Below, piece by piece: positions 31,165-41,352 of a stretch of DNA of 64,000 nt. How positions within the stretch are numbered: position 1 is the first letter of the stretch; each line of letters starts with the position of its first letter. Under the pieces are notes generated by a model. That model saw only the letters and a list, made by a program, of their open reading frames with translations. It searched no databases and was not told where the DNA came from. The DNA is from an uncultured Clostridia bacterium (GTDB taxonomy: Bacteria > Bacillota > Clostridia > DUPQ01): contig CAVXZA010000002.1 in NCBI GenBank assembly GCA_963766335.1, positions 1,037,386 through 1,101,385 on the forward strand, written 5' to 3'. The position numbers and the translations under genes were made by a program.

Positions 31165-31812
31165 TTGGACAAGAGGAGACAAAAAACGATATGGATTGTA
31201 AAAGTTGCAATGCTTTCGGCAGTCGCAGCGATTCTTATGTATCTGGAAATACCCCTGCCGTTTGTCCCGCCGTTTTTAAGGTTGGATTTCAGCGATATCC
31301 CTGCACTGCTTGCAGGATTTGCAATGGGTCCGCTGGCGGGTGTCGCAGTATTGCTGGTAAAAAATGCAGTGCATGCAACAGCCTCATGGTCGTTTCTGGT
31401 GGGAGAACTGGCTAATTTCACAATAGGGGTGAGTTTTGTTCTGCCGGCGGCAATCATTTATCAAAGGCACAAAAACAAGAAAAGTGCAATTATAGGCATG
31501 CTGGTTGGAGGACTGACTATGGCTGTTACAGCTGGTTTTCTTAATGCATTTGTATTAATACCTCTATATGCTACCGTCCTGAATTTTCCGGTTGAAGCTA
31601 TTGTTGGAATGAGTAATGAAGTTAATCCTCTTATTACGGATTTAAAAACACTGATTTTCATTGGAATAACGCCGTTTAATATAGTGAAAGCGGCTGCAAA
31701 TATACTTATTGCGGCACTGATTTATAAACCGTTGTCGCCATACCTGCACCGCGATTCATTGAAAAAACCACCAAAATCCAGTCCGACAAATTATCCTACG
31801 GACACTAATTAA
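31165..31812 (+). CDS. ribU: ECF-transporter S component, probable riboflavin transporter RibU
   Basis: Small six-TM membrane protein directly downstream of an FMN riboswitch. The start is a tentative TTG at 31165 with AAGGAAGGA upstream; ATG 31210 is the alternative. Confidence 0.7.
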   Translation: MDKRRQKTIWIVKVAMLSAVAAILMYLEIPLPFVPPFLRLDFSDIPALLAGFAMGPLAGVAVLLVKNAVHATASWSFLVGELANFTIGVSFVLPAAIIYQRHKNKKSAIIGMLVGGLTMAVTAGFLNAFVLIPLYATVLNFPVEAIVGMSNEVNPLITDLKTLIFIGITPFNIVKAAANILIAALIYKPLSPYLHRDSLKKPPKSSPTNYPTDTN

Positions 31813-31858
31813 GTTGACAAGTTATCCGTATGATATAATGGCAAAAAGAGGTAATATC

Positions 31859-32947
31859 ATGACAGAATGTATTGCGGTTGCCGGACTTGGACTCATCGGG
31901 GGTTCCCTTGCGAAAGCTCTGAAACTGAAATCAGGTATAAAGAAGATTATCGGAATTGATCCTGACGAATCACAGTTAAACGAAGCTATAAAATCAGGTG
32001 TGATTGATGCCGGCTATCTCAAACCGGGTAATTTTCTTAATGAATGCAGTATGGTTTTCATATGTGCGCCTGTTCCTGTCTGCGGGGATGTTGCCTTAGA
32101 AGTTTCGGAATTTACCAATCCTGAATGCATTATTACCGATACAGCCAGTACAAAGAAAGAAATAGTAAAGAAGATAAATGATTCCAAAAGGAACATTCGT
32201 TTTATCGGCGGGCATCCTATGGCAGGTTCAGAACGCAGCGGATTCGCATATTCCAGGGAAGATATGTTTGAAAATGCATATTATGTAATCCTTGATGATG
32301 GAAAAGATGCCGATGCAGTTGAGACTGTAAGGAAGATAGCACTGTCTATAGGAGCCATCCCCATAATAACTGACTGCGAATCCCATGACAGGGCTGTGGC
32401 GGTAGTAAGCCATGTACCCCATGTAACAGCCGCTGCCCTGGTTAATCTGATGAATTCAGGAGAAAGTGAGCTTGGTAAAAAAATTGCAGCCGGAGGTTTT
32501 AGAGACATTACCAGGATAGCTTCATCACAACCTGCCCTTTGGAGAGATATAACCATCAGCAATCGTGAGTCTGTGACTGAAGGAATAGACCGGCTTGTGG
32601 ATATTTTATTAAGTGTCAAAGAATATATTAGTTCCATGAACAAAAATGAAATCGAAGATTTCTTTTCAATTGCCAAGGATGCCAGGGATATAATGTCCGG
32701 TGAAAAAGAGGGTCTGTTGCCCAGGAAATACCAGATTGTCATCCAGGTTCCTGACAAGCCGGGGGTCATTGCCCACGTCGCAAAAGTTCTTGGAGACAAT
32801 GACATCAATATTAAAAACATCAATGTTGCCCACAGCCGCGAGGATGTCGGCGGGGTTCTTGCAGTAGAGCTATATCATCTAGATGGCCGTGACCGGGCGC
32901 TTGAGATTCTGCGCAGAGAAGGCTACTCGGCGTCAAAAATTGACTAA
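31859..32947 (+). CDS. tyrA: prephenate dehydrogenase with C-terminal ACT domain
   Basis: N-terminal Rossmann AVAGLGLIGGSLA and a C-terminal ACT region are present. The RBS is AAAGAGG. TTGACA and TGaTATAAT elements lie upstream, with a short 14-nt spacer. Confidence 0.8.
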   Translation: MTECIAVAGLGLIGGSLAKALKLKSGIKKIIGIDPDESQLNEAIKSGVIDAGYLKPGNFLNECSMVFICAPVPVCGDVALEVSEFTNPECIITDTASTKKEIVKKINDSKRNIRFIGGHPMAGSERSGFAYSREDMFENAYYVILDDGKDADAVETVRKIALSIGAIPIITDCESHDRAVAVVSHVPHVTAAALVNLMNSGESELGKKIAAGGFRDITRIASSQPALWRDITISNRESVTEGIDRLVDILLSVKEYISSMNKNEIEDFFSIAKDARDIMSGEKEGLLPRKYQIVIQVPDKPGVIAHVAKVLGDNDINIKNINVAHSREDVGGVLAVELYHLDGRDRALEILRREGYSASKID

Positions 32948-33033
32948 TACCGGAAAACGGAACATATCTAATCATATTTTCGTATAACAGATAGACGGAT
33001 AAATTCCGTACTTTGATTTCACTAGGAGTGATT

Positions 33034-34278
33034 ATGATGTATAAGAGAATTATTGCAATTATGATTGCCATAATGCTATTAGGGACAGGTTTGGCGGGTT
33101 GTTCTAAAAATGGTGAAGGAAGTTTGACCAACATTCCGAAAGTTAAGGCAGATACCATAGGCGATGAAGTGGTTGATGCTAATTCGCGGTTTGCATTTGA
33201 CATTTTAAAGGCTGTCTATTCAACTGATACAGATGGCAATGTATTCCTGTCTCCGGCAAGCATATCCATGGCGCTTGCAATGACATGGAACGGCGCCAAT
33301 GGAAATACAAAGGAAGAAATGGCTAAGGCGCTTGGGTTCGATGGTGTGAATGACATGCTAATTAACGGCGGATTCGCATACCTGGTTGATGTCCTGAATA
33401 CTGATGCAGACGGCATCACGACCAACCTGGCCAATTCAATTTGGATCAGGGAAGGATTTCCGGTCCTGGACTCATTTAAAAAAACTAATTCCGACTATTT
33501 CGCAGCTGCAATTGAAGAACTTGATTTCTCAAAGGACGAGGCTTCGGATGTCATAAACGGCTGGGTAAAGAAAAATACCAAAGGCCTCATCGATTCAATA
33601 GTTGATGACGATATTCATCCGGCAACAATAATGTTTCTGATAAATACAATATATTTCAAAGGAAATTGGCAGGTAGAATTTGATCCTGACCAGACATATG
33701 TTTCAGATTTTTATAGTAGCGGCTTGCCTGATGGTAAAGTTGACATGATGTCCTATAAGCGGAATACGCTTTTTCATGAAGCTGATGAATATAAAATAAT
33801 CAGCCTGCCATACGGAGACGGAGGAATGTTCATGGACCTGATTCTGCCTGATGAAGGCACGATGATGGATGAATTTGTAAAGCAATTTAACTACGAAGAA
33901 TACATGACTGCACTTAGCAATATCAATGAAGAGCATGATGTAATTGTAGAGATTCCCAAATTCAAGACAGAATATGAGCTTTCGCTTAAAAATGCATTGA
34001 TAAGCCTTGGTGTGGAGGAGGCTTTCACAGGAGCAGCAGACTTTACCGGTATTAATGAGGGTGGCAATATTTTCATAAGCGATGTAAAACATAAGACTTA
34101 CATAGATGTGAACGAAAAGGGGACTGAAGCAGCAGCTGTAACATCAGTTGAAATGAAACTGACTGCAGCAATGGATCCTATTGTATTCAGGGCAGACAGG
34201 CCTTTCCTCTATACAATCCGGGAAGCTGAGACCGACTCAATATTATTTGCAGGAGTCTTTGATACTCCATCAGAATAA
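33034..34278 (+). CDS. serpin (serine protease inhibitor) lipoprotein
   Basis: Serpin signatures NTIYFKGNW and FRADRPFLYTIRE are present. The N-terminal lipobox is LLGTGLAGCS. Confidence 0.8.
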   Translation: MMYKRIIAIMIAIMLLGTGLAGCSKNGEGSLTNIPKVKADTIGDEVVDANSRFAFDILKAVYSTDTDGNVFLSPASISMALAMTWNGANGNTKEEMAKALGFDGVNDMLINGGFAYLVDVLNTDADGITTNLANSIWIREGFPVLDSFKKTNSDYFAAAIEELDFSKDEASDVINGWVKKNTKGLIDSIVDDDIHPATIMFLINTIYFKGNWQVEFDPDQTYVSDFYSSGLPDGKVDMMSYKRNTLFHEADEYKIISLPYGDGGMFMDLILPDEGTMMDEFVKQFNYEEYMTALSNINEEHDVIVEIPKFKTEYELSLKNALISLGVEEAFTGAADFTGINEGGNIFISDVKHKTYIDVNEKGTEAAAVTSVEMKLTAAMDPIVFRADRPFLYTIREAETDSILFAGVFDTPSE

Positions 34279-34288
34279 ACACTAAAAC

Positions 34289-34323
34289 AAAAAAAGCACC
34301 GTTTTGAAACGGTGCTTTTTTTA
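34289..34323. terminator. bidirectional rho-independent terminator between the serpin gene and the arg operon
   Basis: AAAAAAGCACCGTTTtgaaACGGTGCTTTTTTT: a perfect stem with A/T tracts on both sides. Confidence 0.65.
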
Positions 34324-34348
34324 TGCTGCGGCCCGGGTTTAAATCAAT

Positions 34349-34822
34349 TTAATAATCCTTGACAAGTTTAGCTCGGACATAACCCCGGTCAGTGGCAGTG
34401 CTTTCGACATAAAAGCCGCGCCCGTAATAAAAGCGAACTAAATCTGTGTAGTTTGAGGCTGAGTAAAGATATGCCTTTTTCAAGCCAAGTTCCTTAATTT
34501 CAGCATCTATCAGATTCATAAGTGATTTTCCAATGCCGATATTATGATAATCAAGCCTGACGCCAAAACGCGAGATATGTGCAATGTCACCTTCAATCTC
34601 AAAACGGATTGTACCAACCGGCACATCATTAACATACGCAATGAATACTTCCGACGACCTGATTGCAATTACAGTTTCTTCAATTGTCTCATCCAGGGCT
34701 TCCATGCTGCCTGAAAGTCCGGTATCTTCCATATATTTTGTGAAGGCTTCCTGCAGGATATCGATAATAGCAGCGGCATCTGCGGATTTTGCCTTCCTTA
34801 CGGTAAATGAATAAACCGGCAT
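34349..34822 (-). CDS. GNAT-family N-acetyltransferase (candidate short-form N-acetylglutamate synthase)
   Basis: 157 aa with an acetyl-CoA binding motif (RGFYV..G.G..L). Last gene of the arg operon, 2 nt after the argF stop. Confidence 0.7.
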   Translation of the reverse strand: MPVYSFTVRKAKSADAAAIIDILQEAFTKYMEDTGLSGSMEALDETIEETVIAIRSSEVFIAYVNDVPVGTIRFEIEGDIAHISRFGVRLDYHNIGIGKSLMNLIDAEIKELGLKKAYLYSASNYTDLVRFYYGRGFYVESTATDRGYVRAKLVKDY

Positions 34823-34824
34823 TG

Positions 34825-35748
34825 CTACTCTCCTCCCATTAATTTAACCATGACAGCTTTTTGAACATGCAGGCGGTTTTCCGCTTCGTCAAAAATACGC
34901 GACTGCGGTCCGTCCATGACTTCAGCAGATACTTCAAAGCCCCTGTAACCCGGCAGGCAATGAAGAAAAATTGCAGTTGCCTCAGCTTTTTTCATCAAAT
35001 CCTTATCAACTATAAAACCGGTGAAATCTTTAATCCTGCGTTCTTTTTCTTCTTCCATACCCATGCTGACCCAGGTATCTGTATAAACAGCGGATGCATC
35101 CTTTACAGCCTCTTCTGCATTATGCCCGACGCTGACCTTACTGCCGGATTCCTTAGCAAATTCATATGCTTTGGCAATAACATCCGCATCAGGTTCATAT
35201 CCCTTGGGCGTGGCAATCGATACATCCATTCCAACCTTTGCGCACCCATAAAGAAGTGAATTAGCCATATTGTTACCGTCGCCGACATATGCAAGCTTCC
35301 TGCCTTCAATATTTCCAAACTCTTCATATATGGTAAAGATATCAGCCAAAACCTGACAGGGGTGAAGCAAATCGGTAAGCGCATTTATGACAGGAATGCT
35401 GCCATATGCCGCAAGGTCTTCAACATCGCTCTGCTTAAACGTCCGGATCATGATGCCGTCAACATATCGTGACAGTACCTTTGCCGTATCTTCGATGGTT
35501 TCGCCCCGGCCAAGCTGTATGTCGTTTGAGCTTAGGAAAAGGGGATTGCCGCCTAATTGATACATACCTGTCTCAAAAGAAACCCGTGTCCTGGTAGATG
35601 ATTTCGTAAAAATCATAGCCAACGTCTTACCTTTGAGCAAATGGTGTTCAATACCATTCTTAGTCTCATATTTCAATTTTTCAGCAAGGTTGAATATGTC
35701 CAGGATTTCTTCTTTAGATAGATGATAAAGTCCAAGCAAATGTTTCAT
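34825..35748 (-). CDS. argF: ornithine carbamoyltransferase
   Basis: STRTR carbamoyl-phosphate site, HCLP motif, length 307 aa. Confidence 0.85.
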   Translation of the reverse strand: MKHLLGLYHLSKEEILDIFNLAEKLKYETKNGIEHHLLKGKTLAMIFTKSSTRTRVSFETGMYQLGGNPLFLSSNDIQLGRGETIEDTAKVLSRYVDGIMIRTFKQSDVEDLAAYGSIPVINALTDLLHPCQVLADIFTIYEEFGNIEGRKLAYVGDGNNMANSLLYGCAKVGMDVSIATPKGYEPDADVIAKAYEFAKESGSKVSVGHNAEEAVKDASAVYTDTWVSMGMEEEKERRIKDFTGFIVDKDLMKKAEATAIFLHCLPGYRGFEVSAEVMDGPQSRIFDEAENRLHVQKAVMVKLMGGE

Positions 35749-38700
35749 TGTATTTCTCCTTTAATATATTTAGAATAACTGTCAAGCGGCAGAACCCCGC
35801 AGGTTTTCTCGCCGGTGAAATAATCCACCACAGCCAGAGCCGCTCCTGCAGTATCCAGGTTTGTAATTGAAGGAACGTTATATTCTATTGATGTCCGCCT
35901 TAAAAGGAATCCGTCCCTTTCAGGAAGCTTTCCTCTTGTCGGTGTATTTATCATTAAGGCAATCTGACCCTTTTTAACAGCTTCTATTTCATCGGCATCA
36001 GTCATTTTTTCACATACAATGTCATTAGAATTAAAAAAGTCCGATGTTCCCGAGGTTGCGCAAAGGGAATATCCATGTTCAATAAGCCTTTTGGCTAACG
36101 GCAGGCATTCTTCCTTGTCCCTGTCGGTAATACTGAGGAGGACTTTTCCGGATGAAGGAATTGTCAGACCCGAAGCTAATAAAGCCTTGTATAGTGCTTC
36201 TTCATAAACCTTTGATACTCCCATGACTTCACCGGTGGATTTCATTTCGGGGCCGAGGAATGTATCGAGGGTCGTAATCTTCGAGAATGAGAAAACAGGA
36301 GCTTTCACAGCAGTAAATTCCGGTTCTTTCGCAAGGCCGGGCCTATATCCCAGGTCTCCGAGCTTCCTGCCCATAATGAGCTGGGTAGCGACATTAACCA
36401 TAGGAATGCCGGTTATTTTACTTAATACTGGTATTGTCCTGCTTGCGCGCGGGTTTACCTCGATGACATACACTTTTCCGGCTGCGTCTGCTACAAACTG
36501 TATATTGAAAAGACCTACAATCTTAAGCGCTTTTGCCAGGCGGACAGTATAATTTACTACTGTCTCTTTTACATGAGATGAAACATTTCTTGTTGGATAG
36601 ACGGCAATGCTGTCACCCGAATGGACGCCGGCTCGTTCAATATGTTCCATGATTCCCGGAATCAGGACATCCGTCCCGTCGCATATGCCGTCTACTTCAA
36701 TTTCCATTCCAATAATATATTTATCAATCAGTATAGGATGGACCGGGGAAATGTCTACAGCCATTGCCATATATTCTTCGAGAGTAGCGTTGTCATATAC
36801 GATTTCCATGGCCCTTCCCCCGAGGACATACGAAGGCCGTACAAGAACAGGAAATCCTATCTTAGATGCAATTTCATGTGCCTCGTCGTATGAAAAGGCC
36901 GTCTTTCCCGGCGGAATGGGAATTTCTTGTTCATCCAGCAGCATCAGAAACCTGTTCCTGTCTTCGGCCATATCAATGCTGTCCTTGGAGGTCCCGAGTA
37001 TCTTAACCCCTGCTTCGTGAAGCGGGGCGGCAAGATTAATGGAAGTCTGACCGCCGAACTGCAGGATGACTCCCAATGGATTCTCCTTTTCGACTATATC
37101 AAGGACGCCTTCTTTTGTGAGTGGGTCGAAATACAATTTATCGGATATATCAAAATCGGTGCTGACGGTCTCTGGATTGTTATTTATTATGACTGATTCT
37201 ATCCCCATGTTCCTAAGCGCCTCAACCGAATGAACGCTGCAGTAATCGAACTCTATTCCCTGGCCTATGCGGATAGGGCCTGAACCGATGACAAGGACTT
37301 TGTCGTTGTCATTGTATTCAATATCGTCCTTTTCTTCGTATGTAGAATAGTAATAGGGCGTTACAGCCTCAAATTCCCCCGCACAGGTGTCAACTAGTTT
37401 ATATACTGGCTTAATGGGATATTTTTCCCTTAGCTCAAGTATTTTCTGAAGAGGCACATTAACTAGATTGGCTATGTATGAGTCGCCGAAACCCACTTGC
37501 TTTGCTTTCAGGTAAAGAGGGTAGTCAAGCCATGCTATGCCGGCATTTTTTATTTCTTCTGCAACATCAACAATTTTTTTGAGTTTCATCAGGAAAAACA
37601 TATCAATACAGGTTATTTTGTGAATTGTTTCTGCTGCTATGCCTCTTTGGAGAAGCTTGAAAATTGCAAACAGCGATTCATCTTTAGGATGCTTAATATA
37701 TTCCATAAGAGTATCGATTGACGCATTGTCAAATAATTGCAAACCAAGCTGATAATTAAGTTTTATATCAAGGGAATCGATGGCCTTAAGAAGAGCTTCT
37801 TCAAAATTCCTTCCTATTGCCATAACCTCGCCTGTGGATTTCATCTGTGTCCCCACACTGCGGTCGGCGGAATTGAATTTATCAAAAGGCCAACGCGGCA
37901 CTTTTACCACAACATAATCCAGGCTGGGTTCAAAGCAGGCGTAAGTGTTGCCTGTAATGGGATTAAGAATTTCATCCAGGTTAAGCCCGATTGCAATTTT
38001 CGCTGCGGACCGAGCTATCGGATAGCCGGTGGCCTTGGATGCGAGGGCGGATGAACGGCTGACCCTTGGATTAACTTCGATTACTATATAATCAAAACTA
38101 TCAGGATCCAATGCGAACTGGATATTGCAGCCGCCCTTTATGTCCAGAGCCCTGATAATCTTTACAGAAGCTGTCCTGAGCATCTGATAATCCTTGTCGG
38201 AAAGAGTTTGGCTGGGGGCTACTACTATACTGTCGCCGGTGTGTATTCCGACAGGATCGAAATTTTCCATATTACATACAGTTATGCAGTTATCATTACC
38301 GTCGCGCATAACCTCATATTCAATTTCCTTCCATCCGGCAACGCTTCTCTCGAGAAGCACCTGGCTTATCATTGAGAGTTTAAGGCCTTTCCCGCAAATC
38401 TCCATCAATTCTTTGTGGTTATTGGCAATGCCTCCGCCGGATCCACCCATAGTATATGCAGGGCGTATGATTACAGGGTATCCTATCTCTTGAACAAATG
38501 CCGTTGCCTCCTCCAACGAATTAACTATCTCAGAAGGAGCTATTTTTTCATTTATGGATAACATTGTGTCTTTGAACATCTCACGGTCTTCTGCTTTCTT
38601 TATTGACTCAAGCGAAGTTCCGAGCAGCTCTATATCCATTTTATAAATTATGCCGTCTTCAGCTAGTTCAATGGCCATGTTAAGACCGGTCTGACCGCCA

Positions 38701-38969
38701 AGGGAAGCCAGGATACCATCAGGTTTTTCTTTGACGATTATTTTTTTTACATATTCCAGGGTTATTGGTTCTATATATACTTTGTCGGCCGTTTCCATGT
38801 CAGTCATAATAGTTGCGGGATTGCTATTGACCAATACTACTTCAATGCCTTCTTCCCTCAGGGCGCGGCAAGCCTGGCTCCCGGAGTAATCAAACTCTGC
38901 AGCCTGTCCGATTATGATGGGACCCGAGCCTATGACCAGGACTTTTTTTATGTCTTTTCTCTTAGGCAT
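35745..38969 (-). CDS. carB: carbamoyl-phosphate synthase large subunit
   Basis: 1074 aa with duplicated ATP-grasp domains and an MGS-like C-terminus. Confidence 0.95.
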   Translation of the reverse strand: MPKRKDIKKVLVIGSGPIIIGQAAEFDYSGSQACRALREEGIEVVLVNSNPATIMTDMETADKVYIEPITLEYVKKIIVKEKPDGILASLGGQTGLNMAIELAEDGIIYKMDIELLGTSLESIKKAEDREMFKDTMLSINEKIAPSEIVNSLEEATAFVQEIGYPVIIRPAYTMGGSGGGIANNHKELMEICGKGLKLSMISQVLLERSVAGWKEIEYEVMRDGNDNCITVCNMENFDPVGIHTGDSIVVAPSQTLSDKDYQMLRTASVKIIRALDIKGGCNIQFALDPDSFDYIVIEVNPRVSRSSALASKATGYPIARSAAKIAIGLNLDEILNPITGNTYACFEPSLDYVVVKVPRWPFDKFNSADRSVGTQMKSTGEVMAIGRNFEEALLKAIDSLDIKLNYQLGLQLFDNASIDTLMEYIKHPKDESLFAIFKLLQRGIAAETIHKITCIDMFFLMKLKKIVDVAEEIKNAGIAWLDYPLYLKAKQVGFGDSYIANLVNVPLQKILELREKYPIKPVYKLVDTCAGEFEAVTPYYYSTYEEKDDIEYNDNDKVLVIGSGPIRIGQGIEFDYCSVHSVEALRNMGIESVIINNNPETVSTDFDISDKLYFDPLTKEGVLDIVEKENPLGVILQFGGQTSINLAAPLHEAGVKILGTSKDSIDMAEDRNRFLMLLDEQEIPIPPGKTAFSYDEAHEIASKIGFPVLVRPSYVLGGRAMEIVYDNATLEEYMAMAVDISPVHPILIDKYIIGMEIEVDGICDGTDVLIPGIMEHIERAGVHSGDSIAVYPTRNVSSHVKETVVNYTVRLAKALKIVGLFNIQFVADAAGKVYVIEVNPRASRTIPVLSKITGIPMVNVATQLIMGRKLGDLGYRPGLAKEPEFTAVKAPVFSFSKITTLDTFLGPEMKSTGEVMGVSKVYEEALYKALLASGLTIPSSGKVLLSITDRDKEECLPLAKRLIEHGYSLCATSGTSDFFNSNDIVCEKMTDADEIEAVKKGQIALMINTPTRGKLPERDGFLLRRTSIEYNVPSITNLDTAGAALAVVDYFTGEKTCGVLPLDSYSKYIKGEIQ

Positions 38970-40047
38970 CAGGTTCGCCTTTCTTCATCATGTCTATGAA
39001 ATCATCAAAAATATATGCCGAATCCTCCGGACCGGGAGCGGCCTCCGGATGATATTGTATGCTGAGAAGCGGAAGTTTATCATGCCTGAATCCTTCCACA
39101 GTCTTGTCATTAACATTTATATGGGTTAAATTGATTTTCGCCGGAACATCGGCAGGAAATACTGCATAATTATGATTCTGGCTTGTTATACAGCATTTAC
39201 CCGTAATCATATCCTTTACAGGGTGATTTCCTCCGTGGTGGCCGAACTTGAGTTTATATATTTTCATTCCCAAGGCAAGAGCCAGGAGCTGGTGCCCTAA
39301 ACAGATGCCAAGCAATGGTATTTCTTTTTGTGCGAGTTCCCGGACAACAGGTATGATTTCAGTCAGGACCCTGGGATCGCCCGGGCCGTTAGATAGTAAT
39401 ATACCGTCCGGGTTAACAGCTAATATATCTTTGACGGGAGCAGACGAGGGCATTATAGTGATTCTGCAGCCTCTTTTTTTCAAAGAGCGTAAAATATTGC
39501 TCTTAACTCCGAAATCCATCAGACATACGTGAAGGCCTTCTCCGGGTATTTCATATGCCTTATCAGCAGATACTTCTTCTACAAGATTACGTTCAATGAC
39601 AGCTTCGGCCTTAAGTTTATCAAGCAGTATTTCAACGTTTCCCGAGAGAGTGGAAATAACCCCATACATGCTTCCGAAATTGCGTATATGCTGGGTCAGG
39701 GAACGCGTATCCACTCCTTTGATTCCTATAATCCCGTTGTCCTCGAAATATTTATCAGGGGCGGATTCAGCTCTGAAATTACTATGATAGTCGCAAAGCT
39801 CCTTAACGATAAATCCCTCGATATGAGTCTTGTAGGATTCATCATCTTCAGAATTCATTCCGTAATTGCCTATAAGGGGATAGGTCATGCACACCATCTG
39901 CCCATTGTAGGAAGGATCGGTGGTGATTTCCTGATAACCTGTCATGCAGGTATTGAAAACAACTTCGCCAAATGCATCGCCCGAAGCACCGAATGATTCT
40001 CCTGTATAGTAAGTGCCGTCTTCAAGGACGAGAACAGCTTTCATCAA
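38962..40047 (-). CDS. carA: carbamoyl-phosphate synthase small subunit (glutaminase)
   Basis: CPSase small-chain N-domain plus a class I GATase with the catalytic LGICLGHQ motif. Confidence 0.9.
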   Translation of the reverse strand: MMKAVLVLEDGTYYTGESFGASGDAFGEVVFNTCMTGYQEITTDPSYNGQMVCMTYPLIGNYGMNSEDDESYKTHIEGFIVKELCDYHSNFRAESAPDKYFEDNGIIGIKGVDTRSLTQHIRNFGSMYGVISTLSGNVEILLDKLKAEAVIERNLVEEVSADKAYEIPGEGLHVCLMDFGVKSNILRSLKKRGCRITIMPSSAPVKDILAVNPDGILLSNGPGDPRVLTEIIPVVRELAQKEIPLLGICLGHQLLALALGMKIYKLKFGHHGGNHPVKDMITGKCCITSQNHNYAVFPADVPAKINLTHINVNDKTVEGFRHDKLPLLSIQYHPEAAPGPEDSAYIFDDFIDMMKKGEPDA

Positions 40048-41255
40048 GATTCCTCCCCGGAAATTTCCTCAAGTATATCTTCAAGCATATCGCATACTAA
40101 ATCAACATGCTTCTTTTTGAGAATCAGTGGAGGAAGAAGGCGTATTATTGATGATTTCACACTGCCGATGAGTATATTATTTTCGAACATTTTATCTTTT
40201 ACTTCAATGGCAATCTCTTTATTAAATTCAATACCTATCATAAGGCCCAGACCCCGGACGTCCTTTATAATGTCATAGTGCATCTTAAGCCCATTCAGCT
40301 TGCCAATCAGGTATTTCCCCATATATTCGCTGTTTTCAACCAGTTTTTCATCTTTAAAAGCCCTGAAGACCGCAAGACCTGCCGCACATGCCAGGGGGTT
40401 GCCGCCGAAAGTCGATCCATGGTCGCCGGGTTCAAAGTATCTGGCGACATAGTCTTGTGCACAAACGGCACCTATGGGGAAACCTCCCCCCAGTGCCTTG
40501 GCCAATGTGAATATGTCGGGTTTGACATCAAAATGCTCATATCCGTACATCTTGCCGGTTCTGCCCATTCCAGACTGGACTTCGTCAAATATAAGGATTA
40601 TATCATTGGCAAAACATAAACTTCTAACGCCTTTTATATAATCATATGTTGCGGGATTCACACCGCTTTCCCCCTGTATTGGTTCAAGCATGACAGCGCA
40701 GGTATTCTCATCGACTGCATCCTTAAGTGCCTGAAGGTCGTTCATAGGAACGGATTTAAATTTCGGTGTCAGGGGGCTGAAGGGTTCCTTATATTTAGGT
40801 TGCCCGGTTGCGGCTATAGTGGCAAGCGTCCTCCCGTGGAATGAGTTTTCAAGGGTAATAATCTCATACCTTTTGTCGTTGCCTTTTTTCTTGTGATACA
40901 AACGGGCTAGTTTTATAGCGCCTTCATTGGCCTCGGCACCGCTGTTTGAGAAAAACACTTTGTCTGCGCATGACGACCTGCATATTGTCTTGGCAAGATT
41001 AGCCTGGTTTTCAATGTAATAAAGGCTTGAACAATGAATAAGCTTTCTGGCTTGCTCAGTTATAGCGTCAACCAGCAAAGGATGGCTGTGGCCAAGGGCA
41101 TTTACGGCGATACCGCCGAGAAAATCGAGGTATTGTTTATTATTGTTTGTATATAGATACATACCATTGCCGTAATTGAACGCCACCGGTGTCCTGTCTC
41201 CGAAAGTGTTCATAAAAAATTGTTTGTCCCTGAAAATAATTTCGCTAAGTTCCAT
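40044..41255 (-). CDS. argD: acetylornithine aminotransferase
   Basis: Class III PLP aminotransferase. The arg operon context supports the ArgD assignment. Confidence 0.85.
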   Translation of the reverse strand: MELSEIIFRDKQFFMNTFGDRTPVAFNYGNGMYLYTNNNKQYLDFLGGIAVNALGHSHPLLVDAITEQARKLIHCSSLYYIENQANLAKTICRSSCADKVFFSNSGAEANEGAIKLARLYHKKKGNDKRYEIITLENSFHGRTLATIAATGQPKYKEPFSPLTPKFKSVPMNDLQALKDAVDENTCAVMLEPIQGESGVNPATYDYIKGVRSLCFANDIILIFDEVQSGMGRTGKMYGYEHFDVKPDIFTLAKALGGGFPIGAVCAQDYVARYFEPGDHGSTFGGNPLACAAGLAVFRAFKDEKLVENSEYMGKYLIGKLNGLKMHYDIIKDVRGLGLMIGIEFNKEIAIEVKDKMFENNILIGSVKSSIIRLLPPLILKKKHVDLVCDMLEDILEEISGEES

Positions 41256-41352
41256 TGTGCTTCCTCCTGTAATAGTAATCCGGGCATCCGCCTGGCCATA
41301 ATGTCAACTATGCTTATTTTTTAAAATAACCGTACTGGGTTCTATTTAAAAA

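Noticed and set aside
31191-31415. 74-aa Cys-rich ORF starting at an ATG just downstream of the FMN riboswitch
   Set aside because: It is in a different frame from, and fully overlapped by, the ECF S-component (RibU) ORF. RibU has the expected membrane-protein composition, while the short ORF does not.
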